From the NCBI RefSeq assembly GCF_009914755.1, contig NC_060931.1: a DNA stretch of 64,000 nt; one strand, written 5' to 3'. The DNA is from the human T2T-CHM13v2.0 reference genome, Homo sapiens. The position numbers were made by a program, and so were the translations under genes. Of this stretch, positions 16,019 to 30,275 are shown piece by piece (positions within the stretch are counted from its first letter, which is position 1; every line of letters starts with the position of its first letter). The notes beneath the pieces are model-generated. The model saw only the letters and a program-made list of their open reading frames with translations. It was not told the DNA's origin and made no database searches.

Positions 16019-17190
16019 TTAAACCTAATTATTTAAAATACTTTTGCTACTCTTCATTTCTGTCTTTTTGCTCACACCCTCTTTAACTCTTTTCTGTGCC
16101 TGTTCCCTGGCTTTCTTCTACGGCGTCATAGAGAGGAACACATAAGGCAATGTGTGCTGTGCTCAGTGGAAGACAGAAGTTCAGCATTCTCACCCCATTC
16201 AACCCACATAGTTTAAGGCTCTCTCTTTAGAGAAAATAAGGTTAACCATCAGGAGTACGTGTAGAATACCTCAGGAATCAGTGTACTCTTCAGTTGTGGT
16301 ACTTACTATTTGATCACTTTAATTTCTTGGTAAAAAAAGAGAGTAGCTGGTAGATAATCCCTATATGCTCATTATTCTAAACGTTTGAGTGGAATAGCCT
16401 AGAAAACCCCTTTCCTCCATCCAGATCTCTGACTTCTCTACCCTGTGGCCTCATCCATCGCCTCTTGACTGAAGGATCATTCCCTGCTGCATGCTTTCTG
16501 CACAGTGAAAGAACTGACACCACACCTGTCGATGGATCCTTCCCTGTGGCTCATAGGAGTTCCCCTGCACTGCTCTGAAGTCTCTGGTGTCCTTGTTGAT
16601 TCTAATTCTCCTCTATGTCTTCATCAGCCTCCAGCCCACAGCATGGGTCCTACTGAGAAGACGGCAGTGGAGGTAGAGTGGGTTTTAGGAGATGAGGGTG
16701 AACTGCAGCAGGACAAGGATGAGAGGCCAGTCCACAATGTTCCTGATGTAGATTCTGAGAGCTTTAGCTTTCATTCTGGAGCCTTGGGAGTATAACAGCA
16801 GGGAACTGTCTGAATGGTTTTTTATCCTCCAGTGAGCCCCCAGATGCCTTGTGGAGGGCCCATGGAGGGAGTGAGACCAGAGGAAATATGAAAGGTTAAT
16901 GATGAGGCCTCTACAATGCCTTGAACAAGAAATAATAGGTGATGGGGGAATGGAGAGCAGGAGGAGGAGATAGAGGAAGCAGATTCCACAGAGCTTAGGG
17001 ACTGCCTAGATATGGGGAGTGAGGCAGACAGGAAGTGATTATGCTCACCTTGCTAACTTGGGCAACTGCAGTCAAGGCCTTAGCAGATGAACCTTGTATT
17101 TGTATCATAGTTTTCTTATTAAAAAGTGAAGAAAGATATTGATACTTACAAGTTACTAAGCTACATACAGAATAAAAATCCTTCTGTATG

Positions 17191-17344
17191 AATTTTCTTT
17201 TCTGCTTTACTGCTTACAATCATTTGCAATTTTAAAAAGTATCTGTCTTACTAACCCAATTCCATACCTTACACTAAGGAATATTTGACCCAATTATAGT
17301 ATGCATTCGCAGCCTCCTTACCAAACCACAGTCATGTGATATGA
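17191..17344 (+). repeat. Copy 2 of a ~155-bp dispersed direct duplication
   Basis: Shares TTTTAAAAAGTATC, CTAACCCAA, TTTGACC, ATGCATTC, CAGCCTCCTTACCAAA with 15359..15513. Confidence 0.88.
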
Positions 17345-18489
17345 AGGGTATAGAAGGATTTTTATTCTGTATTTGGAGACGACATACCATTTCCTACTCT
17401 TCCTTCTTTAACCTAGAGTGGAGTATTTTGTCCTTAGTCTATTGTTCAAACACTTCATTTTTTAAAATCCAAATTATTCTTTGTGCCTAGTCATCAATGA
17501 CTCCCTTATCAATACCTGTCTTTCTAATCTTACTTCTTTCTACCTCGACTCTAAGCAAGTTCTACTTGCTGCCACCTGAATTAAACTAATAATTCTCTTT
17601 TTCTTTGCCTATGCTATTTCTTACATCAGAAAATTCACCAATTTATTCAAAAAATAATTATTGACAATTTATATGCAAGCTAAGAGAAGAATAAGTTAAA
17701 GTGCTAGCCTTCAAGGAGCTCATCATATAACATGTGTGTGGGACAAGGCAAAACCCCAAATAATACCCTCGTTGCCTTGACATACAGTTGGGTAGAGCCC
17801 AGAAGTATAAATAAAATCCACTGCTGTTTACCAGAAGCAGTGAATCACAGAAGCGTCATTTGAGGTGTCCTTAAAGTATTTCGACAGAGGCTTTTTCTAT
17901 AGTTTCCAGAAGGGCAGAGACTGTGTCTATTTTAATCACTAGTCTGTAACAGACTACTCTGCATCACACCGGCCATGTGGTAGCCATGGTGTCTGTGGGA
18001 TGAGAGGCATTTACATGTTTACTCCTTAATTCTAGTGGAAACTACAGCATGAGCAAAGACATGCAGAGTGGAAAAGCAAAGGATACATAAGGAAGAAACA
18101 TCCTATTCTGCTGGAGCATGGGTATCTATGTTAAAAGGGTCAGATCAGCAGATTGGGTGGATGAATGCCCTAGAATAGAAGGCCTTGAACAGCATCGACC
18201 TAGTTCACTGGGCAATGGAGAGATGCGGGATGGGGAGGGGCAGAAATCACAGGGATTTTAATCAGAGGTCTGCTGGCCTGTGAAGAATGCTCAGGGAGAA
18301 GAAACAAGAGACAGAGAAACCGTCTATGTAAAAGTGAGGAGTTCCAGGAAAGGGAGGCATAAAGTAAGATGGTGCTGATGGAAATGGATTTTAAAAAGCA
18401 GATTGAGACTGACTGGCAGGATGTGACGATGGACTGTGGGACGAGGGTGAGGGGCCCACAAATGAGAGCACCTGGGGTTCCATGTGGTT

Positions 18490-18790
18490 CTCATATTGCT
18501 TTTAAAAATTAGAATAGTTAGCAATATTGAAAGAACAAAATCCCAAAGTTTTTACATAAAAACCTGGATTTCTGGCTTCTTCCTGAAAGTCACAAGACCT
18601 GACGACACTGGACCTACAATTCTGTCAGCAACAAACAGCTGGTTCTGAAAGCTGCTGCCCCTCCTGGAGATGGGGGCATGCCCCATTCTCCCTGCAGCCC
18701 TGCCCAGCCTGCTTCACCTCTTCCTGTGGCTTGTTGTTACTTGGGGGCATTGAGGTTTTCAAGCCTGCCAATGAGATCTGAGTTTCCAGT
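18490..18790. mobile_element. MER102-like hAT fragment
   Basis: CTGGATTTCTGGCTTCT...ACACTGGACCTACAATTC...GCTGCTGCCCC resembles recalled consensus. Confidence 0.5.
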
Positions 18791-19226
18791 GTGGGAGTCA
18801 AGAGACATGGGCCACTCTCCAAACTGGGAAATTAGGAAGAGCAGCTCTTTTTAAGAAGATTCCCACCATAGATCTAGAAATGCTGAGTTGGTCACCTTTG
18901 CATCCTTCGTGACCTTGTTCATTGCACTCCAGTTTTCTTAGCTCTCTAAGCTTAGAGCAGAATTCAGTCTATAATTGCTATCTACCCCCATAGGGTGAGC
19001 ACAAAATACTTTAGCTTCTTATTTTGAGAAGAAGCAAGATTTTAAGTTGAAAAAATGCGGGAGACTTTTGTTAGATAACAGGGGAAAAATGATGTTTTGG
19101 CACTAGGGCGTTTTTAAAGCCAGTAGTGATTAAGGTCAGGCTTAGGAGCTGGACTGCTGGGGTTTGAGTTCCGTTTTATGTTCTTGCTGTGGGATCTTTG
19201 AGTAGGACACTTAACCCTTTATTTCA

Positions 19227-19563
<337 letters not shown>

Positions 19564-19754
19564 TTAGCTACAATTAGTAACATTATCAGAAAAAACAGCT
19601 TTCTGTAGCTAACTTTCACTAATTTCTAGCCCAAGACTGGCCTGTGTAGTACAGTGATATTCAGATTCTACTGGAATTTTCCTGCCCCTAAAATGTGCTT
19701 CTAGGTTTGTGGTATCCTCAGTGCTTCCCTAAACCTGCCTCTTAATTTCATTTC

Positions 19755-20328
19755 TTTTTTAAAAAAAAATTGTGGCTACATAGTAGGTGTATGTATTTGT
19801 GTGTCTATGAGGTGTTTTGATACAGGCTTGTGATGTGAAATAATCACATCATAAAGAATGGGGTATATTTATCCCCTCAAGCATTTATCCTTTGTGTTAC
19901 AAACAATCCAATTACCTCCTTCTAGTTATTTTACAATGTACAATTAAGTTATTACTGACTATAGGTACAATTATTACTGACTATAGTCACTATCAAACAG
20001 TAGGTCTCATTCATTCTTTCTATTTTTTCAGAACCCATTAACCACCCCCACCTACTCCCCAACACCCAACACTACCCTTCTCTGCCTCTGGTAACCATCC
20101 TTCTACTCTCTATCTCCATGAATTCAATTGCTTTGATTTTTAGATCCCTCAAACAATTAAGAACCTGTGATGTTTGTCTTTCTGTGCCTGGCTTATTTCA
20201 TGCAACATAATGATCTCTAGTTCCATCCGTGTTGTTGCAAATGACAGGATCTCATTCTTTTTTTTATGGTCGAATAGCGCTCCATCGTGTATATGTACCA
20301 TATTTTCTTTATCTATTCATCTGTTGAC
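19755..20328 (-). mobile_element. L1MA-type 3' end fragment
   Basis: Typical antisense L1 3' motifs (TTGTCTTTCTGTGCCTGGCTTATTTCA, GTTGTTGCAAATGACAGGAT). Confidence 0.85.
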
Positions 20329-20340
20329 TTAGAAAGTGCT

Positions 20341-20596
20341 GGCTAGGCACGGTGGCTCACGCTTGTAATCCCAGCACTTTGGGAGACCCAAGGCAGGCAG
20401 ATTGTTTGAGCTCAGGAGTTCAAGACCAGCCTGAGCAACATGGCAAACTCTTTGTCTACAAAAAATACACACACACACACAAATTAGCTGGAAGTGCTGG
20501 GGCGTGCCTGTAGTCCTACCTACTCAGGAGGCTGAGGTGGAAGGTTAGCTTGTGCCCCAGAAATCGAGGCTGCAGTGAGCTGAGATCATGCCACTG
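20341..20596 (+). mobile_element. Alu (J-type), lacking 3' end; (AC)n in linker
   Basis: Alu body ends at GCCACTG with no tail. Confidence 0.88.
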
Positions 20597-21095
20597 TTCT
20601 ATCTTCCTAAGCCTGGTCTACATTTGCCCTGGCCACAAGATATAGAAGCACCCCTCCCCAACAAAGAGATTTTGAATTTGCATTTCAACCTATCCTTCTC
20701 CAATCTTACAACTGCTTCCTTCGCCCCTTCCCCAGGGGTCTCTGTGGCTTTCAGCCCTAGGAGACTAAAGTCTGGTCCATTTCAGTTTTGTGTCAGAGTC
20801 ACTAGTTATGCTATTCTACAGTATGCAATGCAGGGTTATGCTAATTCCACCTGTGATGAAACGTGGGGTATTAGACCCTGGAATCTAAGATCGAAAACTC
20901 ATTAATAACATTACATTAATAAACATATTTAATCCCGGTGCTGCTACTACCATAGCTGTGGCAAATTACTGGACCTCTCTGTGACCCTTTCCCCACCTTT
21001 GAAAGTAGAAATAATGATACCTACACTTGCATAGGGCTGTTGTGGAGACTGAATGAGTTAATTAGTGCATGTGATGTATTTCACTAAGTGCCAGT

Positions 21096-21317
21096 CAATG
21101 GCATAGCAAGAGTGAGGTAGAGAAAGTGGTTGGCCCCAGGTGCAGCACTAAGGGATGTATTGGTTGTAGAGAATTTATGAGTAATAAAATTTACTAAAAA
21201 GTTGATCTGCTGTGTATCACCACCATGCTCCAGCAGTTCTAAACAGCATCAAAGATGCAATACCTAGTCCAGCTAGGGTGAACTGCTCCTACCACCTCCT
21301 CCCTTGGTATACCACTA
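21096..21317. mobile_element. hAT (Tip100-like) MITE
   Basis: Imperfect TIRs CAATGGCATAGC/GGTATACCACTA; perfect 8-bp TSD GTGCCAGT at 21088-21095 and 21318-21325. Confidence 0.75.
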
Positions 21318-21576
21318 GTGCCAGTAAGACAGTATGCTAGCAACAATTAATGATTAATAACAAAAGATAACAAAAAGAAGAAAAAAATGCAGGATGCTCA
21401 ACAAATGCAATAATATACACATGAAGATAATTTTTGCAAGTGTTTATCCCACAGCTGCTGAATAATTAAAGTTATCTTAAATGTATCCCCAAGCAACACA
21501 GTGTATTTTCTCTTAATGGCATAATTGAAGAGCATGCCTTTAGGTTATCACAGGCAATTTGCTGAAATGTTCTTAC

Positions 21577-21676
21577 CGCTACTAATGAACAGGTCTAGTA
21601 GCTGTTCCTTGGAAAAACCAGCATCTACTTCAGCTCTCACTATTTCACAGGAGAATCCTGCAGCCATTTGTCTGTG
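21577..21676 (-). CDS. CTTNBP2: CTTNBP2 exon ~14 (100 nt)
   Basis: TTATCACAG|CAC ... AGCG|GTAAGA; [33 protein letters not shown]. Confidence 0.94.
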
Positions 21677-21758
21677 CTGTGATAAGAAAATAGGGTGATT
21701 AGTTCTACGCACTTGCCAATTTTCAAAGAAAAGCAGCTGATATACAAGTAATCAATAC

Positions 21759-21845
21759 CTTCAGGCAGAGTGCAAGCTGATGTACTATGTAGTCTTGCAA
21801 GCTTCCTTCTGGGCCGTGGAAAATGACATTATGATATTGCTCAAC
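21759..21845 (-). CDS. CTTNBP2: CTTNBP2 exon ~13 (87 nt)
   Basis: TTAATAG|GTT ... AAG|GTATTG; [29 protein letters not shown]. Confidence 0.94.
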
Positions 21846-23214
21846 CTATTAACAAACCAAGTAGAGAGCTAGGGTGAAGATGCTAAATTGATGAGAGAAA
21901 AAAGTGGTACACAGGTGTGGAATTCTTTTTTGATTGTCCTCATACTTTCAAAAGATTAAAAACAATATTTTAGAGATTAGCTTTATCATTGGACACCTGT
22001 ACTCTCATTTGAATGTGAAACATGGGCAAAGGGTACTTAGCAAGAGCTGATACTTTATAAAAAAACACATTTTTTCCCTCTATTTTCCATAGCGAGGGTC
22101 TGCAGGGTAGCTGAGACACACAGTTCCAAGTTCATTTTGTCCCTTCCAGAAATTCTGTAACTTTTTCTATATTATCCTTTGCAGATGCTCTTTATGTGGA
22201 ATTTTGTCAATGCTTATTTAGCTTGTTCGTGGTTAAAACAGTAATGCATTTCATTATGGAAATTTTGGTATATATAAAGAAGAATAAAAAATTACTGAGT
22301 GTCAGCACCCACAGTCACCGTAAATATTTTTGTTTCCTTCCAGTTTTTTCTTTGCATAGTGGCTGCGTGTGTGTGTGTATGTTTAAAAGATGGGTACATG
22401 AGTGTCATCTTTTTACAGCTGTTGTATATCAGATAATGTCTTTGTGTTGACTTCTTAGGTAAAAGATGTTTTGATGAGTATAAAACTCAGATCAACTTTA
22501 TATATTATTCCATTCTGGAATTCAGTGTTTTAAAGAAATCTAGGTAGAGATGGATTACTTTCGCTTTGTCAAAAAGAAAATCTCCTGCCTGTATGCTTAT
22601 ATATATTTTTTAAACTTTATCCTCGTGTATAAGGATACCTCGCCTGAGAACATGGAGTTTCAGCATGCACTTGGATGGAAAGGCAATTATCATCTACACA
22701 GGGCAAAGGCAGCGATGTCTTGAGAAAAATATGGAGAGGAAAGTTAGCCTCCCACTTCTGTCATCCCAGGGCTGACACCCCTGCACCCTGCCCAGCACAT
22801 ATGCTTGGGAGAAGCTTTCTTAATGGAAAGCTGGTCTTGCAGCAAGGTCTTGCCGGAAAGGACTTGGACAGGTGAGGGTCCAACCTAACTGATACAGTTG
22901 ATATTGCTCAAGTGAAGATTGAGCCACCCAGACTTAGAGAAGTTTTGAGTTTGTTCTCTCTATAATCTAGAACAGGACAATGTAAGAATGTGTGTGTGTA
23001 TCTCTGTGTTGTCTCTCTCTTGTACTCTGATGAGGTTGTCCCTTTGAGATCACAGGAAAAGGCCCATCCTTTATGGTAGCTGGGATGGACTTCTGTGAAG
23101 ATAGTAAAAATGCCCCAGTCCATCATTACAAGGAGGCAGATTGTGGGATATAAAAGGAAGGCTTGAAGAAAAGCTCTTAGCATAAGAGATGAACTAAACT
23201 TTTTCCTTACCCTA

Positions 23215-23553
<339 letters not shown>

Positions 23554-24524
23554 CTAAGGAGACTAAGGAAGGTTGGTGAGCACTTCTGGGAAGTGGAGGA
23601 AAGCCAGGCATGACCACCAGGATTCAGACCATGAGCTAAGAGGGCAGTGGTCCTTTAAGGGGCTCCTTGATGTTGGGCTTGGGACTGGGTTTTAGGCTCT
23701 GAAAGATATCATGTCTGGTAGCCTCCCGTAATATTCTCTGAGTTGGAATACTGTTCAATTATTAGTACACCTTCAATAAAAGGCTTACGGTGGAGGTGCA
23801 GGCAAGGACCAAACCTGGAGCAAGAACTTCCCCAGAGACACAGGAAAGACTACCCTAGAAAGTGCTGCTGAGGTTCTGCCTCTAAGCAGTAAGGCAATGG
23901 GGCCACAAGTCTGCAGGGATACATTATTATTAAATAATAATTATTGAAAAGTAATACGTTTTCATTTATACTTATGAGATGGGGAAGCCTGGGTGACGTA
24001 CAGATTGTACTTTTCATTAAAAAATGCTGCCCAGATATGTCTAGTTATAGCCTCTTTCTCCTAATCTTAAATGGAACATGGTAAGTCCTTTTGATATGCA
24101 TAGTCATAATTTTTTTGGATTAGGACATTTTTCTCCAATTTTTTGGTAATTTCTCCTCTTCTAGTTCTCTTTAACTATAATGAACACCTATAATGCTTAA
24201 GTTCTCTTTTTTCTGCGAGTATCTGTCATCTTATCTCATCATTATAGCTCTGTCTTCTTTTGCATTGAGAGAGCTCAAGTTAGTCTTGCACAACACGCAA
24301 AATATTCACGATCTCACTTCTGTTCTCTATAGTCAAGTGCAACTTTATGCCATTGCATTTTCAATTGTTCTTATAGTTCCTTACCTCATCCATCTCCTTT
24401 CTAACACTTTTCCTTGTAATCTAAGCCCAGACTCTACTATGACTTTCTTGCCCTGCTTTCATAGTCTACCACCTTGCATCCTGTAGACAACATAATTTTC
24501 CAAACTTTTTCTGTTTTTCCTAGT

Positions 24525-24862
24525 TGCTGTGGTCAAAATGTTTGTGTTGCTTCCCCTGGCTCCAATTCATATGTTGAAATTCTAACCCCCAAGGTGATTG
24601 TATTAGAAGTTGGGGTTGTTAGGAGGGATTAGTGCCCTTACAAATGAGGCTAAGGGGAACCCCTTGCCCCTTCCACCACTTGAGGATTGAATGAAAAGGT
24701 GCCATCTATGAACTAGGAAACAGGCCCTAACCAGACACTGAATCTGCTGGCCCCCTGATCTTGAACTTTCCACACCCTGGAACTGTGAGAAATACATTTC
24801 TGTTGTTTGTAAGCCACCCAGTCTACGATATTTTGTTTCAGCAGCCTGAATGGACTAAGACA
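24525..24862 (+). mobile_element. MaLR solo LTR (MLT1A/MSTD-like)
   Basis: TG...CA termini (TGCTGTGGTC...GACTAAGACA); 5-bp TSD CTAGT/CTAGC. Confidence 0.88.
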
Positions 24863-27800
24863 CTAGCAAATAATTTAAGGGTGTGTTCTTCCCTGAGTTT
24901 TCAGACTGAAAACTGTTCTGCAGTATTCTTCCAGAGGTATATGGTTAATTTGTTATTATTCGTTTATGTACTATGAAACCAGAGGAAGAATTTTGCAGGA
25001 AAGCAGGATGTGTGGACCACCACTGGCTTCACTGGCTGTCCACAAATTGGGTGGCTGAATCTCCTTCTTGGGTCAGTGGGTGGATGAAAACTTGGTGTCT
25101 GCAGTTGCTGATTAAACTCCTGGGTCTAGCAATGGCTGCAATGGAATGAACTCCTACTGTCCAACACAGCAGACAATGTATGAAGATAAACCACAGTCCC
25201 AGGAAGCACCACAGCCCAGCAGCTCCTGTCTCCATCCCTGCTGAGTGCTTAAAGAGAATCCACCACCTGGGATGTAGCACAGTCTCACTAATCCCCACCA
25301 ACTTTTTGTCCAGGTATTTCTAGGACCCGCAGTCTTCAGATGGATGTGGAAAGGACTCCTGGGAGTGGAGAAGAATATCATAGTGCTGCAAAAAGCAGAG
25401 ACTATGCAGTAAAGGATAAATGCCCAATTTTCTAAGTGGTATAAATCTTTTTTTATTTTTTTTTTAATCACCAGGAAGATGGTAGAGGAAGGATGATAAT
25501 ATTTCCTACCTAATTTCAGGTAGGCCTCACATAAATGGGCCTAATACTCTATTAGTCTTAATGATAGTAGAAGATGCTTCCAGATTCTTGCCAAAGAGAG
25601 ATTTCAGTTCTATTTTTCTGTGACTGAGGTTTTGTCAGTTTTCAAAAGTACTTCAGTGGGAAATTGTCTATTAGGTACGCAATTTGCTAGCCAGGTGCAA
25701 TTTTAAACCGGAGCTCTTGAGCTTTCCAAATTAATCCCAAATCGCTATGATTTATTGGGTAGAATTTTTTTTCACAAGTAATGTATCATTTCATACCAGT
25801 GAAACAGGATACCAATTTTTAAGATTTACTGAAAATAAACAGGCTAAAGATTTTCAAGATTTACCCCAGAGATTTTCAACTAGCGTGGCTATTTAATCTT
25901 GTCTCACTTCTGAGAACAAGAGTGCTCTATTCATTATGGCCATCCTGTCAAACTGCCGACACTTTCTTAAGATTGATTTTGAAATCAAATAACATAAAGA
26001 GACCCAACTTCATAAAGAAGCTGTCTTTAGTTGCAACACTTCATTTGTTCTCAGACTGTAGGTTTTTAGGAAACACATGCAGGAAACATTCAATTTAAAA
26101 TTTCATTGAAAAGGCCATTCACTAGATGTAAGCCCTTTGCATTTACATAGTCTAATGTCCCTCATGGGATAAAGCAGAAATATAAATAAATAACTGAATT
26201 AGGTAGGTAAAGAGAAAAACAAATGTATATACTTCCACATCATTCATACATTTTAATGCATGCATTTCATTCGTAGGTTTCTCTCCATTTCAGGTATTAC
26301 CAATTTTTGGTAAATGGTATTCTGTTATCTCATCAAATGATATAGTCATGTTGGTTACCATTTAAATTCTGAACAACAACAAAAAAAAACCTTAATTACT
26401 GGGAACCTGTTACTCTATCAGAACCGGGTCGAACATGCAAAGCTTTGCTAAGACATTACATATTGTTTTGAAGTTATCATATTTCTCCAAGTAATCAAGA
26501 TCTTGGGTATAATGAATATATATACTCCACGCTTCCAGCAGAGGGCTCTAAAGATAGATACGTAGGCAGATCTTTTGGGGAAAGTGGGATATAAATATTC
26601 TAATTGTATTGAAAGGAGATCTGTTCTTTGAAAAAGATCAAACACAACTTTTAAAATTACAGTCTTAATTGTAGTTACCAGAATTATCCCCTAAGTGCAC
26701 ATTTATAGTGTGACATTTCTGCTTATTGATAAAGGGACACTGGCCTCATTATCACAATTGGTACCAATCCCTTTTATTCTTGTGTCTTCACAGACTATTC
26801 AGGAAGCTCATCACATGTCAATTAGTGCTTTGTGAGCCAAACAGATTCTGGATTAAATGGAAACAAGTGACCTCAACAATAGACCATGCATCTCTATTTT
26901 TTTCCTCCACAATGCTTTCCTGCAGAATGGGGTTTACCAGAGGAGCTGTGATTTCCACTACTGTTGATGTGGCACCTGTAATGTGTTTGCAGAGCGGTGG
27001 CATTTTAAAGCAATAAATCCCAAGTTTTATTTGGAGTTTCACTTGTCACACATAGTGTGAGGAAAAGGAACTTCTGTCCAGAAACAGTTCTAGGCCAGCT
27101 TGTGCTGACTAAACAAAAACGAAAAATAAAAGGGCATTATGGAGCCAATAAAATTGGGACCGTTAAAATCACATGTTTTATAGCTACAAATTTCATTCCA
27201 CCCATATCTGACACCTGATTTTAAATAACTAATTTACTTGTGACTTTAGAGCCACTGATGGCACAATTACGGTCTATTCATTAACATAAAATTTCCTCAA
27301 ACAATATTGGTACATCCAGCATTTGGAATATAAAAAACTGGAATTCTTCACGGTAGAAAGCATTTTAATCATTTGTTGAGGTCCCTTTTAAAGAAGAGGT
27401 ATAAGAGTAATAGGAATTTAAGAGAAATTACAGTTCACATACATAGCAGACTGGGTTACTAACTTCAAATATAGACAGGTCCCCATTTATTGATACAGAC
27501 ATAATAATTTGGGTATTACAGCTACTTCAAAAACATAAAACTATAAGATGGAACTTTTAGACATAACTGCTCCCTTGTCAGCCAGCCTCTGGAATTCATG
27601 AAGTTTTTCTGCTTTAGACCTTTTCTAGGCTGACATTTACTGCCCAGGATCCTCTTCCACTATTGCTGTGGAAGTCAAATGTTCCACTGGTAGCAGAGCT
27701 GCCTCTTCCTCATATCAGGCAACCAGCTGCTTCCCACTTTCACTAGGACCTCACCCAGGCTTGCTCCTCCCTTTCCTAAGAAAGATCAGACTAGAGCTGG

Positions 27801-28690
27801 CCCTCTGCTACCAGGGTTGTGGGATGTCTTAGACACATAACTATCACTTACAACCTTATTTTTATAGGAAAGTAGCAAACTTATTTTGGGAATGTACGGA
27901 GAATAACTAGGCTCTCCTAGTGATGATTCTCAGTGACTGGCATGGCACATATTGAAGTGAATGAAAAACAGGTAGAAGAAACTCAAGGATCCCATCCTGG
28001 ACATTCAGAGTCTTAATTTTAAAGAAGCACTCAGATCAAGATGACCGAACTCCAGCATTTTTTCTAATATCATAATTACTCATAGTCACTGAATTATTAA
28101 AACACGAGGTTTCAAATAACCTAACAAAAATTGCAACTGGCTAAATGTTTAAGTTAATGCAAAAAATTCAACAATTACAATAAATTACTAGTGATTCAAA
28201 ACTCAATTGGGTTGAATATTTCCCCTATTAAATCAAGGGTGGAGATTTAAAATGTACTTGTATTATTTTTAACAATAAAAGTATTTAAAAATAACATCAT
28301 TTTAAAAAACAGAAACAGAAACAGAATCCTGATTTAAAGTCTTCACTACATGTGGTTTTCTGCATAAGGGTTTTAACACATGCATTTTATATAATATATT
28401 TGCATACATAGTAACAACTGGTACTGCAATGCTTAATCAATAGGCTAATAACCTAGGCTAATAAGCTATGATTACATGCATGAGTAGGCAGAAAGGCTAG
28501 TTTCAACTCCTTGGGTCCCACTACTTAATTGCTGAAGACGCTGGGTAAATTACTTTGAGTCTTTGTTTATTTACCTGTAAAATCTAACTTGTATGGAGTA
28601 TCTATCTCATAGAAAGATTAAATGAGATTATCCATATATTTAGAATAGAGGTTGGTGTATAATAAATGCTCAATAAAAGGTTAGCTATTC

Positions 28691-29668
28691 AAAAGCAACT
28701 GTCATCAGAGTGAACAGACAACCTACAGAACAGGAGAACATTTTTGCAATCTATCCATCTGACAAAGGTCTCATACCCAGAGTCTACAAGGAATTTAAAC
28801 AAATTTACAAGAAAACAAACAAACCCATTAAAAAGTGGGCAAAGGACATGAGTAGACAATTCTCAAAAGGACATTCATGTGGCCAACACATGAAAAAAAG
28901 CTCAACATCACTGATCATTAGAGAAATGCAAATCAAAACCACAATGAGATACCATCTCACGCCAGTCAGAATGGTATTATTAAAAAGTCCAGAGACAACA
29001 GATGCTGGCAAGGTTGTGGAGAAAAAGGAACACTTTTACACTGTAGGTGGAAGTGTAAATTAATCCAACCACTGTGGAAGACAGTGTGGCGACTCCTCAT
29101 TTCTTTCTAGAGGCAGAAATATCATTTGACCCAGCAATCCCATTACTGCGTATACACCCAAAGGAATATAAATCATTCTATTACAAAGATACATGCATAC
29201 GTATGTTCGCTGCAAGACTACGGATGATAGCAATGACATGGAATCAATCTAAATGCCCATCAATTATAGACTGGATAAAGAAAATGTGGTACATATACAC
29301 CATGGAATACTAAGCAATGATAAAAAGGAATGAGATCGTGTTCTTTGCAGGCACATGAATGGAGCTGGAAGCCATAATCCTCTGCAAACTAATGCAGGAA
29401 CAGAAAACCAAACACTCCATGTTCTCACTTATAAGTGGGAGCTGAATGATGAGAACACATGAACACATGGTGGAGGGGGTGGAACAACATACACTGGGGC
29501 CTGTCACAGTGGGGGCTGGCGGGAGGGAGAGCATCAGGAAGAATATCTAATGGATGCTGGGCTTAATATCTAGATGATGGGATGATCTGTGTAGCAAACC
29601 ACCATGGCACACATTTACTTATTTAATAAACTGCACATGTACCCCAGAACGTAAAATAAAAGTTGAAG
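28691..29668 (+). mobile_element. 5'-truncated older primate L1 (ORF2 C-terminus + 3'UTR)
   Basis: ORF fragments [20 protein letters not shown] and DWIKKMWYIYTMEY are L1 ORF2p C-terminal motifs; broken by frameshifts and stops; G-rich 3'UTR. Confidence 0.95.
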
Positions 29669-29764
29669 GTAAACAAAGTCAATTACTACATTTGTATATC
29701 TACTGTACAGATTTCCAACAATTCAACACACATCAATGTGCCTGTAGTTATTTGTGGAACTGGG

Positions 29765-30275
29765 AAGCTATGCCATTCTCTGGCTCAAATTCCCTCAGTG
29801 GCTTCCTATCCACTTGGAGTAAAATTCAAAGTTTTTGCCATATTCCTGCATGATCTAGTTTCTGATCATTTCCCAGACTTCACTGTCAACCTAGATACAT
29901 TTGTGTCTGTGGTTCCCTGTACCTCAAACACCCTCCACAAGGCGACTCTCTTCATTTCATTTGTTTTTCAGTCCAAATGTCATTACAGTAAGATCTTTCC
30001 TGATAACTCCATCTAAAAATAGTGCTTTCTGCCTCCCCGTCCACCCACTCTTTATCTCCTTGTCTGCTTTATTTTTCTTTACACTTGTGTTGGTGCTGGT
30101 CATCACATTACATGTGCATTTATTCATTTGATATTTTTTAAATCTGCCTTCTTTACCACTAGAAGGTAAACTGTATGAGGCCAGGCAATGTGTCTTATAC
30201 ATAGCTCTATCCTCAGTTTCTAAAACACCACCTGCATTTAAGAGGCTCTCAATAAACAGTTGTGAAACAACTGAA
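29765..30275 (+). mobile_element. L2 3' fragment
   Basis: CACTAGAAGGTAAACTGTATGAGG...CTCAATAAACAGTTG terminus. Confidence 0.7.

Noticed and set aside
28710-29313. ORFs of 117 and 79 aa with protein-like sequence
   Set aside because: Frameshifted L1 ORF2 remnants, not a host gene
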